64,000 nt of DNA, from positions 4,628,862 to 4,692,861 of the forward strand of contig SMSO01000025.1 in NCBI GenBank assembly GCA_004764695.1, given 5' to 3'. This DNA is from Schizochytrium sp. TIO01 (Eukaryota > Protista > Bigyra: Labyrinthulomycetes). Position numbers and translations under genes: made by a program. Numbering within the stretch: the stretch's first letter is position 1; every line of letters begins with the position of its first letter. The notes beneath the pieces were generated by a model that ran no database searches, was not told the origin of the DNA, and saw nothing but the letters and a program-made list of their open reading frames with translations. Positions 12,027 through 22,617 of this stretch are shown piece after piece.

Positions 12027-14467
12027 TGTTGATGATCTTGCTGGTGGCAAACACCGCCAGTACGCTCCCACGCGGCTCCGGGCCGCCGAGGCAACTCTGT
12101 TCGCACAGGCAAACACGTTCGCGACCAGCCTCTGAAGGCCTTTGCTGTAATTAGATAGCAGTGCCTCGGGCGAACCGCACTAAAAGGTCTGCGCGCAGCA
12201 GCGCCTTCTTGGGAGCGGCTGCTGCGCCGTCCACCAAATCAAATGATTACATGTTCTATAATCTACTTGCTCCTCCCTTTAACCCACTTGCAAACACTTA
12301 TATCCCACTTATAGCTTCACTTCTAATACACACTATACTCTAAAAGACTGCTAGATAGGAGATAAAGGTAAGTACCTTTACTTTTGCGAGAAGACTACCC
12401 TGCCTCAATTTCTTGGCTCTTGTGCCGAGCTCAGCGCTTTGATTTCTATAGAAGAAATTCACAATGCTTCATTGCCAAGCGCTGCAACTTTCGCAATGGT
12501 CTATTGGCTCCGAGCGTAAGGACGTTTACATATGTATCTTTTGGTTTTTATCATCAGTTTCCTCAGAGTTTCCAATTTTTATATTATATCCACTTGTATA
12601 GAAATAGAAATAAAGTAAAAATGGTGACATCATTATTTTGTAGTTTTAAATTCTTATATATATTTTTAATTTAACAGAAAAGAAAAAGAAGAGTAGTTAG
12701 TAAAAATGTGTACAGGTGTTTGTGTAGTTTGATAGCTCTAAAGGAGGCAGTGAAATAAATCCCAAATTGCGTTGCTCGATGAGATTGTCTTTGGCTTGGG
12801 CTGTCACTCGGTTTGGCCATGTGGAGTTCGTGTAGCTCGCACATGTGCCAAAAGCTAAGAGACCCCTCAGTGCGAATCAAAAAATACGTTTGCATATGTA
12901 CGAATTGCAAACCACCGGGTACCAAGGTCGACGGTATTAGTATACCAATCGATGATCACAAATCGCAACTTGAAGGTCTTTCTGATGTCGCTTTCTTTGA
13001 AGGATGATGTTTTGTATTCTTCTGTAGAACAAAGCCAACAGAGAAATACCTACTGCTTCTTCATAAAAAACGCGTTGTTGCCAACATCCATGAGCTTAGT
13101 TTGCAGCGCCAGCCCCCGAAGATTGGTGCACGGGAAAAGGACTTTGGCAGATGGAGTTCCTCTTCGGAGACCCAGATAATGCTTTGCCTATTTTGGGGCA
13201 AGGAATCAGGGCTGCTGATTCGCTAGTTCGCAATACGCAGAGGTTTTGCTTTGCTTTGCTTAGCACTCACTTCTTGAATAATGCCTTTTCACGATGTTTG
13301 ATTGTTAGCTAGACAGCAGGTATTTCGATTCACCATAATCTCTTGCGAAACTAAAACCACAACCTCACGATAAATGACACAGACGCCTCAGCCGAAGAGG
13401 AGAGCTGCGCTGCAGAGAGATATCGATACCTCGGAGGGTCAATATGACGGCGGAGAAGAAATCCAATATCACTCTGGCAGTGAAGCCATGAACTAAAATC
13501 CTAAAATCAACGAGCGGTGCCGCACAAACTACTACTACCTCATATATGTGTTTGTGTGTTTTCTACTAATTGCCTGAATAGGGACTAATTATAGAAAGTT
13601 GTGCGTGTGCAAAATGATGTAATTTCAGCCAAGGCTCATAATTTCGAGATACTACGGAGCATGTGTTGCGTCCATTGCATTGCATCAAACAGAGGTCGCA
13701 GGGTAAGAAGGAGGGGATGCCGGGTTGTTGGGCGTTCTATCCGCTCCAAAGGATCGATATTGCACATAGTGACGTGCTGTCGCTGCTTTCCGATTCTGAT
13801 TCTTTCTTTCGAACTTTCGAAGAGTTGTAAAAAGCAAAGGCTCCACTTTTTCTTTTTTTTTTTTTCAACTTTTTTTTAAATAAATTAATTAGCTTATTTT
13901 AGTTAATAACAATAATATTATTATTGTTATTAACTTTTACAATCATTACAATGAGATAAGGTGATAGTGAGAAGGAATCTCTGTAACGCACTATTTATCA
14001 TTAGTACTACGTATGTTCTACACAATGAAATCCGAGTTCTTCTTTTATATTTGAAAATCTTACCTACATAGCTACTATTTAGTATAGTAGGGGAGAATAC
14101 AAAGTTAAAAAGTTTTGAATAAAGTTTGCTCTTGAGACAATGATCTTCTCTCATCGTCTTTTGGCATAATCGAAATCAATTTCAAATAGGAATTACAACA
14201 AGCCGCGACAAAGACCTCGTGCGGTATCAAGCAAATTAGGGCGCAGATACGGACTGGAAAACTCGTAGGTCCTCTTGGAAGCCTACCTGGTCGCTTTTCT
14301 TGCACAGGTGTGTGCGTACGTACGTGCAGCAAGCCCAGAAAACCTTGTCATCGTTCATCCGCGTTGGCGGGATCGAAGATTTGCAGTGTTACGTGAAGGA
14401 GACGAACGGTGCCACCCTGTGTGGCGTGGCGTGATCTGTGGTCCGAGAAACAGGTCAGGTAAAGGAA

Positions 14468-17400
14468 ATGTCATCTTCTCGCGGACGAAACTCCGTGGCA
14501 GATGAGAATGCTGCACGAGACCAATCAAACCGAGTCGCGAACTTGAGGCAATCTGGGGAGCGCAACGGGAAACGGAAGATTTCGCACGTCGAAAACGAGC
14601 CCGCCTCAAAAAAAAAGAGCCGTACTCCAAAGCAAGCTTTGCAGAACCCCTTGCTTGAAAACTTGGCTCATCAAAACGGCGGCATCGGATTAGATCTCGG
14701 CTTGATGGGAGCTAACTTGAATAATTTTCTGAATCCGCTTGGGAATGCCCTACACCCACATGGGAACAACCTGAATCAAACAATCGGTAATACTGTCTCT
14801 GAGAATGTCAATTTCGGAGTGCAGTCTGGACTATCTTTGATATCTCAACAACAACATGAAAACATCCTTCGGTCTGGACAAACTGAACAGCTAAAACCTG
14901 GGTGGCCAACTCTCGCTGACACTGTTGCTCTTGCTGCCGCCCACATTGCAAAGATCATGCATCCTATAGCAACACAGAACAGCCTAGTTACAATGCCAGA
15001 AGAAGCCCAAAATAGCCATCTGATTGGAAATGAGAGCATCTTATCCCAAGTAGTGACAAATGTCTCTGACTCTACCTCGATTTTGCAGAACCTTTTGAGA
15101 AATGGTCAACTGAACCAGGTCCCGGGTGAGCTTTCTTTGGAGAAACTACAGGAGAATACAAAAGATCAGCGAGCAGGGTTGGTCAGCAAAGAAAAGTCCT
15201 CAACACAAATTGAAGCAGTTGATCGGGAGGCACTTCGTATTGCAATATTTCATATATTGTCTACTCATTGTGCCGGGAAGTCTGCAATTAGCCCGCGAAC
15301 CATTAGGATCGCTTCAGGAAAATTATGTACAATCCCCAATCTGATAAGGACAGGACCCCCGGCAACGATATATGACGCATATAAAAGGCTTGTTTTGGAC
15401 TATAGTTATCCAACGATGTCTAAGATCAAGTTTTACACCGTTTTGGAGCTCTTCACCGGAGGCGATATTGGGGTTTCCGCATTCGCTGACTTTTCGGCAA
15501 AGTCTCTTGTGGATAATCCATGCGCAATTCTCATGAGAATTATAGACAATCTAGATATTCAGCCTGAGAAAGTGCAACACTACTACAGCCAGGTGAACCA
15601 AATCAAAAAGTTTCTGAAGTTTCAGTTTGACTCTGAGGTTAAGCATTCTCAGAGCTCAGCTCATTCACCTGCGATACATGATGCTTTGTTTTCGCTATCT
15701 CCAAATAACCCACGTGCCACTCGCACAAAAAAATGCGCCAAGTGTGATTTTCCTTTCCGTGTGCTAAAACAATTCAAGTCTCTGATCCAAAGAAGTGGTA
15801 CACCAGGAGGGTGGATTCCCAATCCTTCATTAAATGCACGAGATGCATTAGTTCTTCTGGACAATATTTACGAAGCATTCCGCTCTTTTCAAGCTCACCG
15901 CATTAAAATTGTTACTCAACAGCTAGAAATAGAGAAAGTTCTATCAAATCTTAAAGAGCGCTGCCTGAAAGAGAATGACTCGAGCTGCTGTATTGTTGAA
16001 CTTGGGTGGATGAAATCATCAAGAACTATTTTGGCTCATAGCAATACTGAAATGACACTGAACGACACAAACGCGGCTTGGCAACGTGCTCGTATAACTT
16101 TTTTTCGACAGAAAGAGTCGGGAGGTCCAGGGATGGGGAACCAAGGGCATCAAGGCGAGGAACCTGAGCGTGTCACCGTGTACCTAGATCAGATTCTTAA
16201 AGATAATTGCAGGCCAGGACCTACGATAGTAGCAGCATTGATTGAAGCCATGCTGGAATGGATGCACACTGAACTCCCGTTCCTTAAGAGTGTAATCCTG
16301 CAAAGTAATAATTCAAAGTGCTATACATCGATGGACCTCATCGTCTTTTTGAAGCTTCTGAATGAGACTTCTCCTTTGCGCGTTGAACGTTTTATTCATA
16401 CGTCATGTTTCAGCGAGAAGACAATGCAAGATCTGCAGTTTGAAAAAACTATGGAACATCTTCAACAATTTATGTTGAAATCAAAAACACACCGTTGTAT
16501 ACAGGCTATTATATCACCATCTGCTCTTGCAGAGGCTCTAGCTTGGAACTCTGGGATGCAGAACTGTGGTGTTCAGCTGCTCAGCTTGGACCACTCAAAA
16601 TTGAAGGACCTGGCTACAATCACATCCTGTACAGGGCTTGCTTTGCAAAAGCGAGTAGGTTGTTGTAATGATGTGCACCTTCTTTCATGCTCCGAATCGA
16701 ATGTTAAGGATTGGGACTCCATCTATAAGGCAATACAGTTGCGCGAAAAGTTTACTATTAGAACAGCGTTGTTCGCCGGGCTTGGAGTAGATATTCAAGT
16801 TTGCTTCACACTTGGATCCAACAAAAAGATTGAAAACTCTTTGTACGAGACTTTGGTAGACATCGAGGGAGAAGATTTGTCATGTAATGAAAATAGCGAA
16901 AGTGTTTTCGAGTGCTCAATCTCCAGTGTGTCCGGTGGCGCTGCCTCCAATATTCCGTCATCGTCGTTTTGCTCGGAAGACAAAGAAAGTTTACTTTTTG
17001 TTGGAGATAATTCAAGTCGGAGTCCTTCTGAACGAGGAATAATCGTTTGCTCGGAATTCGATACTTGCAAAGATGAAGACACGCAGTATGCTAACAATGA
17101 CAGTGACTTAGACAATGAGTACATTTGCCTCGGATGGTTGCAGAACGCCATTAAAACCCCATTGCATGGATCACCTGATAATGGCTTCACATTCGCTGCC
17201 CCCAAATCAACAATATCCAATCGAGCTTTGCTGAGTGGCATACAGATTCTCCGATGCTCCAACCTTAAAAGTGTTGAAAGCCCGATGGATTTATCATTGA
17301 TAGGTATTGTTGGAGCACTCTGCCAAGAGTATCATCTTGGTGAACTTGATCTTGCCGAAGCTGCTTCGTTCGAAGCACGCAATGTGATGTTGAGCCCGTT

Positions 17401-18223
17401 AATTTCCTGCAGCGAAACTTTAAAAGAAGATCGATTTCCCCCGTGCGATCAACTAGATCAGTTTGTATCTGAAAAATTAGCAAAAGGCTGGGCGAATATG
17501 CCGACATACTCTATTGAGCCCTCTGATTTGAACTCTAGGTTTGATCAAATCAACGCAATCGAGAAAATTGTACGCGAAGAAAACTTATGGAAACATACAA
17601 TTGTGGACGCATTGAGTGTAGTGTTTCAAAAGTTGAAGAAAACAACCAAACACAAAGCCACACTCCGTCTATCAGAAATTGAACGAAATCTCGCATTGCT
17701 TTTGTGGGGCTCACCAAAACAGCAGCAAACTCTCGAGGTCCCTCAAAATATCAGATTTGGTACAATTGCTATTGATGCTGATGCAGAAGGCCGCACATTA
17801 CCTCGAGTTCAACAAACAAGCAAAACTTTGCTTGAAACTATCGCTTCTTTCAAGAAGTCTTCAAGCTGTCTTCCAACTGATTATCCTGCTTCCACACCAA
17901 CTAATAGTGCTATTACTGCTGCTTGTGTTACCGTGTCGGCCACTAGGCCTCCAGATACCAATATCATTACTAAGCCTTCTTCTGCTTTGCCAAGGAAACC
18001 TGATGAGATTGAGCCAAGGAGGCGCGGCCGTAAAAGCAACATCCCACAATATGTCCTGGACCACTTGGCTATCATGAATGATCAATATCCAAATATCAAA
18101 CCCAGAGATTTTATTGCGAAATTCCGTGAACGGTTTCCAGGGCATGTGCCAGGCCTTCGTTCGGGAACTTTTCTTTCCGATGATGAACTTAAGCGTGCTC
18201 ACAGAAAAATCAAATATAATTGA
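14468..18223 (+). CDS. 1251-aa protein containing a degenerate DDD-transposase-like (Sola3-like) domain; probable domesticated transposase
   Basis: Intact long ORF (first ATG 14468). Colinear motifs IPNLIRT, H..C-x2-C, QAHRIK..Q, ELGWMK, LQSNNSKCY, RFIHT..K..D and KGWA. Family assignment is from recalled motifs. Confidence 0.65.
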   Translation: MSSSRGRNSVADENAARDQSNRVANLRQSGERNGKRKISHVENEPASKKKSRTPKQALQNPLLENLAHQNGGIGLDLGLMGANLNNFLNPLGNALHPHGNNLNQTIGNTVSENVNFGVQSGLSLISQQQHENILRSGQTEQLKPGWPTLADTVALAAAHIAKIMHPIATQNSLVTMPEEAQNSHLIGNESILSQVVTNVSDSTSILQNLLRNGQLNQVPGELSLEKLQENTKDQRAGLVSKEKSSTQIEAVDREALRIAIFHILSTHCAGKSAISPRTIRIASGKLCTIPNLIRTGPPATIYDAYKRLVLDYSYPTMSKIKFYTVLELFTGGDIGVSAFADFSAKSLVDNPCAILMRIIDNLDIQPEKVQHYYSQVNQIKKFLKFQFDSEVKHSQSSAHSPAIHDALFSLSPNNPRATRTKKCAKCDFPFRVLKQFKSLIQRSGTPGGWIPNPSLNARDALVLLDNIYEAFRSFQAHRIKIVTQQLEIEKVLSNLKERCLKENDSSCCIVELGWMKSSRTILAHSNTEMTLNDTNAAWQRARITFFRQKESGGPGMGNQGHQGEEPERVTVYLDQILKDNCRPGPTIVAALIEAMLEWMHTELPFLKSVILQSNNSKCYTSMDLIVFLKLLNETSPLRVERFIHTSCFSEKTMQDLQFEKTMEHLQQFMLKSKTHRCIQAIISPSALAEALAWNSGMQNCGVQLLSLDHSKLKDLATITSCTGLALQKRVGCCNDVHLLSCSESNVKDWDSIYKAIQLREKFTIRTALFAGLGVDIQVCFTLGSNKKIENSLYETLVDIEGEDLSCNENSESVFECSISSVSGGAASNIPSSSFCSEDKESLLFVGDNSSRSPSERGIIVCSEFDTCKDEDTQYANNDSDLDNEYICLGWLQNAIKTPLHGSPDNGFTFAAPKSTISNRALLSGIQILRCSNLKSVESPMDLSLIGIVGALCQEYHLGELDLAEAASFEARNVMLSPLISCSETLKEDRFPPCDQLDQFVSEKLAKGWANMPTYSIEPSDLNSRFDQINAIEKIVREENLWKHTIVDALSVVFQKLKKTTKHKATLRLSEIERNLALLLWGSPKQQQTLEVPQNIRFGTIAIDADAEGRTLPRVQQTSKTLLETIASFKKSSSCLPTDYPASTPTNSAITAACVTVSATRPPDTNIITKPSSALPRKPDEIEPRRRGRKSNIPQYVLDHLAIMNDQYPNIKPRDFIAKFRERFPGHVPGLRSGTFLSDDELKRAHRKIKYN

Positions 18224-19386
18224 TTTTCATTTTCATTTTCATTTCTTTTCTCTGGCTCTTCCATTAACCAGTTCGGATGTGTCCTTCTTACCCGTTGATA
18301 ATGAGTTTGAGTTTGACTTGAGTGTTCCTGTTATTTAAGACATTGTTCCTACCATAAAGAACGCAGAGTATTGTTTTTATGAACTGACTCTACTGTACAG
18401 TAAACAGTAAAGACGTCATCTTATGCATTTAACCTAGGACTTTGAACCTCTAAACCTAGAAGACCCTACGATGGATCAAGGGTTTAGACTTTCTATAACA
18501 ACTCAGAAGAGAAGAAGCACATAATCCTGCAAGAACATCTTTGAAACATAATTACAGCTCAGTCTCATGTAAAGAAGTCAGAGCAACGAATTAGTTATAC
18601 GAGCGAAGATTCTGATGTCACCTGATACACTTCAACTGTAACATACGTTGCCACCATTGAGCGACTCATACGCTTAATATACGAAAACCGTCATGCAGGA
18701 TCAAAATAAATTTAATGAGACTTCGGTACACAAGGACTCAGTGTGATGATCTTTCACAAACATGTCAGAAGGGTATATTTTGTCGAAAATATTCACACGA
18801 GAAGCACTCCAACTTTGTATTTTGGAACTCTTACTCGATCACTTCGATAATCAAGAACGAAGGATCAAAATTACTGATAGAATGAGAAAAAAAAATAGGA
18901 TCACGTCACTTATAATATGAATATTGCAGTTTAACGGATATCTGGTTGAAATTCGAATAAAACCAAAATAAAATAAAAACAAATAGCTCCTAACACAAGG
19001 TAGTAGTGTATATCTAGTCACTTTGAAGAAAAACGAAGGCATGATCAAAGTTGGTTCGCGAAGAAGAAAGAAGAACAGGTCATATTGTAGGTCGATTTAC
19101 ACTCTAGCTGCAATCTGGAAGCCATTTAAAAGAAAATGAAGCATCATATTTATTTTTGTGTTCCCCAATGCGATTTCAGCTTCCAAAGTCCTTGGCAAAT
19201 GGTTCCAAATTCAATGTGTGTACATCCTTTCAATTTTTCAATACAATTTGGGAGAACTGCATACCTAGTACTAGACAGAGCAATTTCAGATTACATCTGC
19301 TACACAGATAAATCTGTAATTGCCAACTGCAAAGATTTCACAGTTCAGTTCATTTCGGAGAAGGTGCGAATCGGACCTTGGCAACA

Positions 19387-21960
19387 ATGATTGGGGCATA
19401 CATGCAAGTGATGAGCAGATTAGAAGCAAAACTTGCCTGGTGTCTTGCATCCACTTCAAGGGAATGTTGTAAAAAGCCGAAGCTCACTGTAATACTATAT
19501 TTTTTGATAACCTCATGCCTCGCACTCGGTATGCTGACTGCCGAGCTGGAAACTGAAGGCGTAAAACTATGGGTCGACCAAAATTCAGAGCCTATGGATA
19601 ATATCAAGTATGCAGATAACAATTTTGCTCCACCCGCACGGACAAACATTTTATTTGTTACTGCAAAAGAGGAGGGGGAGAATGTTTTGACTTTTGAGAC
19701 ATTGAAGGAGGCCTTTGAGGTCCATATGGAAATATTAAGTGCAAGAACTATTAATGGAAATGGCCTTGCAGAACTCTGTGAAGTCACATATGGCGGTTAT
19801 TGTAGTGTCTCTGGGCCATTAAGATTCTGGAATCTATCATATGATGCATATTCATTTATGGAAAGCTCTGATGCAACAGTACAAACAACTTGTGCTCAGA
19901 CAATATATCCAGACGGTTTTGTTATTGTTCAAAGCTTGGACTTTGGCAACTACTCTGTGAACAATGGTCTTGCATCTGCTCAATCGATTCGATTGACTTA
20001 TGAGCTGCAGAATACTTTAAGTGATGGAACAAATACCGAACAGATGGAATGGGAAGATCTTTTTATTGAGATCTCGACGAAATCTCGTAACAGTATCAGC
20101 ACAACATGTTTTGCAACGAAGAGCGTTGATGAAGAGCTTGCGAAATCAGTCGGTAAGGACATCGTTCTTATGGTTATTGCTTACACAACCATGATTACAT
20201 TCGCAAGTCTCACGCTTGGCAAGGCGTGTAGTCCAATTTATGGGCGCGCTCTTTTGGCAAGCACTGATGTAATGGTTATCATCTTCGCTGCCGCGGGAGC
20301 ATACGGATTGCTTGCATTTTGCCAAATCCCCTTCACAACGTTAACCCAAGTACTTCCTTTTATCCTTGTAGGAGTTGGTATCGACAATGCTTATGTCATC
20401 GTTGCAGCGTTTGACCGCACAGAGCGTTCTCACTCGCATCCAGATCGTATGTATGAGGCCATACATGAAGCGGGAATGTCAATTTCGGTGACATCAGGAA
20501 CAGACTTTTTTGCTTTCATGTTTGCTTCCATGACAAAGCTTCCAGCTTTGCAATGGTTTGGCCAATATGCGGCTGCATCAGTATTCTTCATTTATACCGC
20601 CCATATCACAGTTTTCCCAGCTCTATTGACCCTTGACACTCGACGCATGGAGGCTGGAAGAGCTGATATTATGCCATGCATTCGGTTAAGGAACTTGGCC
20701 AAGGTAGCAGATGTCAACGATTCTACTCGAAAGGAATCTGAAACCTCGCATGCATCCTCTGCAGAGGACAACCTCGGCATTTTCTTTCGTGATACTCTCT
20801 CACCATTTCTTTTACACCCTATTGTGAAACTCATCGTTTTACTGATGTTTCCGGCAATGTCAGCTATTGGGTTATTAGAGGCCACAAGAATTGAAAATTC
20901 CTTTGATTTCCGTCTCATCGCACCAGATGATTCATACTTGCAAGACTTTTATGATATCTCAGATGCATACTATGGATCGATTAATGCATTTACACCCATG
21001 GGCCTTTACATTAAAGGTGTTGACTATACACAAGCCAGCGTACAAGCAAATATTCGAAATCTCAGCGACTTTCTATACAGTGCAGATTTTGTGGATCCAT
21101 CGAAAGGTCGACTCGACTGGCATCTTGCTTTCACAGCTTGGTGCAATCTCCATCCCGTGTGGAGCGCGACTCTCTCTCCGGAAGGCTTCGCAGTTGGTGA
21201 AAACTTTCTGCCAGCTTTGCAAGAATTCTTACAAGATGGCGTCTTTGCCGGTTTTCAAAAAAGCATTGCGTGGAATAGTTCTTCTGCTGATAGCATAATA
21301 GCTACACGGATTTGGGTTTACCAGGTCCCAGGTGATGACACAGATCAAAGTGTCGCGGTTCTGGAAGCTGCGGAGACATTCACAGAGACCTCTGTATTTG
21401 GGGATGAAGCCTTTATCAGTTCGCCCTTATTTTCTACTTATGATCAGTATCGCATCATAAAAGACGAAACGATTATGAGCCTCCTCTTGGCACTGGTAGC
21501 TGTAATCGTAGTCACAGCATTTTTGCTTGTGCATCCTGGAATGGTTGTGATTTGTGTGGTAGTTGTTGCAATGGTTTTTGCGTGCATTCTAGGTAGTCTT
21601 TCTTTCGTTTGGCAGATTTCTCTTAATGCAGTTAGCTGCATCAACCTTCTGATGGCCATCAGCCTCGTCGTTGACTTTTGTATTCACGTATTATATACTT
21701 TCGGCAATCAGGATCACCGGCTGTCAAGGGATGAACGAGTGAAGGAAACCATGTTTCTCATTGCCCCTTCTGTGTTTCTTGCAATTACAACAACCTTTTT
21801 AGGTACGGTTCCACTTATCGCTGCGAGTTCTGAGGTCTTTCGAGTGTTTTTCAAGTCGTTTGTCAGTATTGTTACCTTTGGATCTACCTTTGGTCTAATA
21901 TTTCTTCCGGTGGTACTTAGTTTGATTGGGCCTTCTGTTCCACGACCAAAACATAGCTAA
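19387..21960 (+). CDS. Patched/NPC1-related RND-family sterol-sensing-domain membrane protein
   Basis: About 12 TM segments with two large lumenal loops; SSD motif LPFILVGVGIDNAYVI; second-half LVVDFCIH; C-terminal FGLIFLPVVLSLIGP; no NPC1 N-terminal domain. Confidence 0.92.
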   Translation: MIGAYMQVMSRLEAKLAWCLASTSRECCKKPKLTVILYFLITSCLALGMLTAELETEGVKLWVDQNSEPMDNIKYADNNFAPPARTNILFVTAKEEGENVLTFETLKEAFEVHMEILSARTINGNGLAELCEVTYGGYCSVSGPLRFWNLSYDAYSFMESSDATVQTTCAQTIYPDGFVIVQSLDFGNYSVNNGLASAQSIRLTYELQNTLSDGTNTEQMEWEDLFIEISTKSRNSISTTCFATKSVDEELAKSVGKDIVLMVIAYTTMITFASLTLGKACSPIYGRALLASTDVMVIIFAAAGAYGLLAFCQIPFTTLTQVLPFILVGVGIDNAYVIVAAFDRTERSHSHPDRMYEAIHEAGMSISVTSGTDFFAFMFASMTKLPALQWFGQYAAASVFFIYTAHITVFPALLTLDTRRMEAGRADIMPCIRLRNLAKVADVNDSTRKESETSHASSAEDNLGIFFRDTLSPFLLHPIVKLIVLLMFPAMSAIGLLEATRIENSFDFRLIAPDDSYLQDFYDISDAYYGSINAFTPMGLYIKGVDYTQASVQANIRNLSDFLYSADFVDPSKGRLDWHLAFTAWCNLHPVWSATLSPEGFAVGENFLPALQEFLQDGVFAGFQKSIAWNSSSADSIIATRIWVYQVPGDDTDQSVAVLEAAETFTETSVFGDEAFISSPLFSTYDQYRIIKDETIMSLLLALVAVIVVTAFLLVHPGMVVICVVVVAMVFACILGSLSFVWQISLNAVSCINLLMAISLVVDFCIHVLYTFGNQDHRLSRDERVKETMFLIAPSVFLAITTTFLGTVPLIAASSEVFRVFFKSFVSIVTFGSTFGLIFLPVVLSLIGPSVPRPKHS

Positions 21961-22617
21961 GATTTCTTTATATTTCTTTGTACCTTTCTTCTTTGTATAA
22001 TTTCTTTATTAAACCATATATCAGTCTAACTCTTTTTCAACTTGCTACCCCAGCTTTTTGTGTTAATTTGAGTACATGGCGACAAAAGTGGAGACGTTTC
22101 CTTTCAAGATTATCTCTCATATACCCATCCCTGCGCCCAGACATAACACACATACATGCCAAATCTGGCCCCAACATTAAATGAAATTCACGATCCCATT
22201 TCAAATTCGACCTTCCTCTATACATCGCTCCTTCACTTAACGGTACGGGAACGCTAAATTCCCCTTTACATTTGCCATCTCAAGAGCTTCTTGACCTGAT
22301 ACAAAGATGATGTATTCAAGCTGCAGTCACTAATATCTTGAGTGATGTACCAAGATTTACGTATAATGTTGATCTTTTTCCTTTTCGACTTGGAGTTTTA
22401 CAAAAGTAAATAAAGAGTAGTAGAACAATGCTCTTTACAAAAAAGAAAAAGATTAGCAAAAGGAAGAGGATCATTCACGCTTTGAATCTGTTGCTTCACG
22501 GAGACAAAGCCGCTACTAGAGGAGCAGTGGCCTCCTCGCTGCAGGAGCCTGCTCGCCCAGGCCGGGTTTTGGATTTCGTGAGGGCTCGCCCTGGCGTGGG
22601 TAAATAGCGCCAGCGCC

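Noticed and set aside
13200-19300. Intact autonomous transposon around the transposase-like ORF
   Set aside because: No TIRs or TSDs seen by eye, and the catalytic residues are altered.
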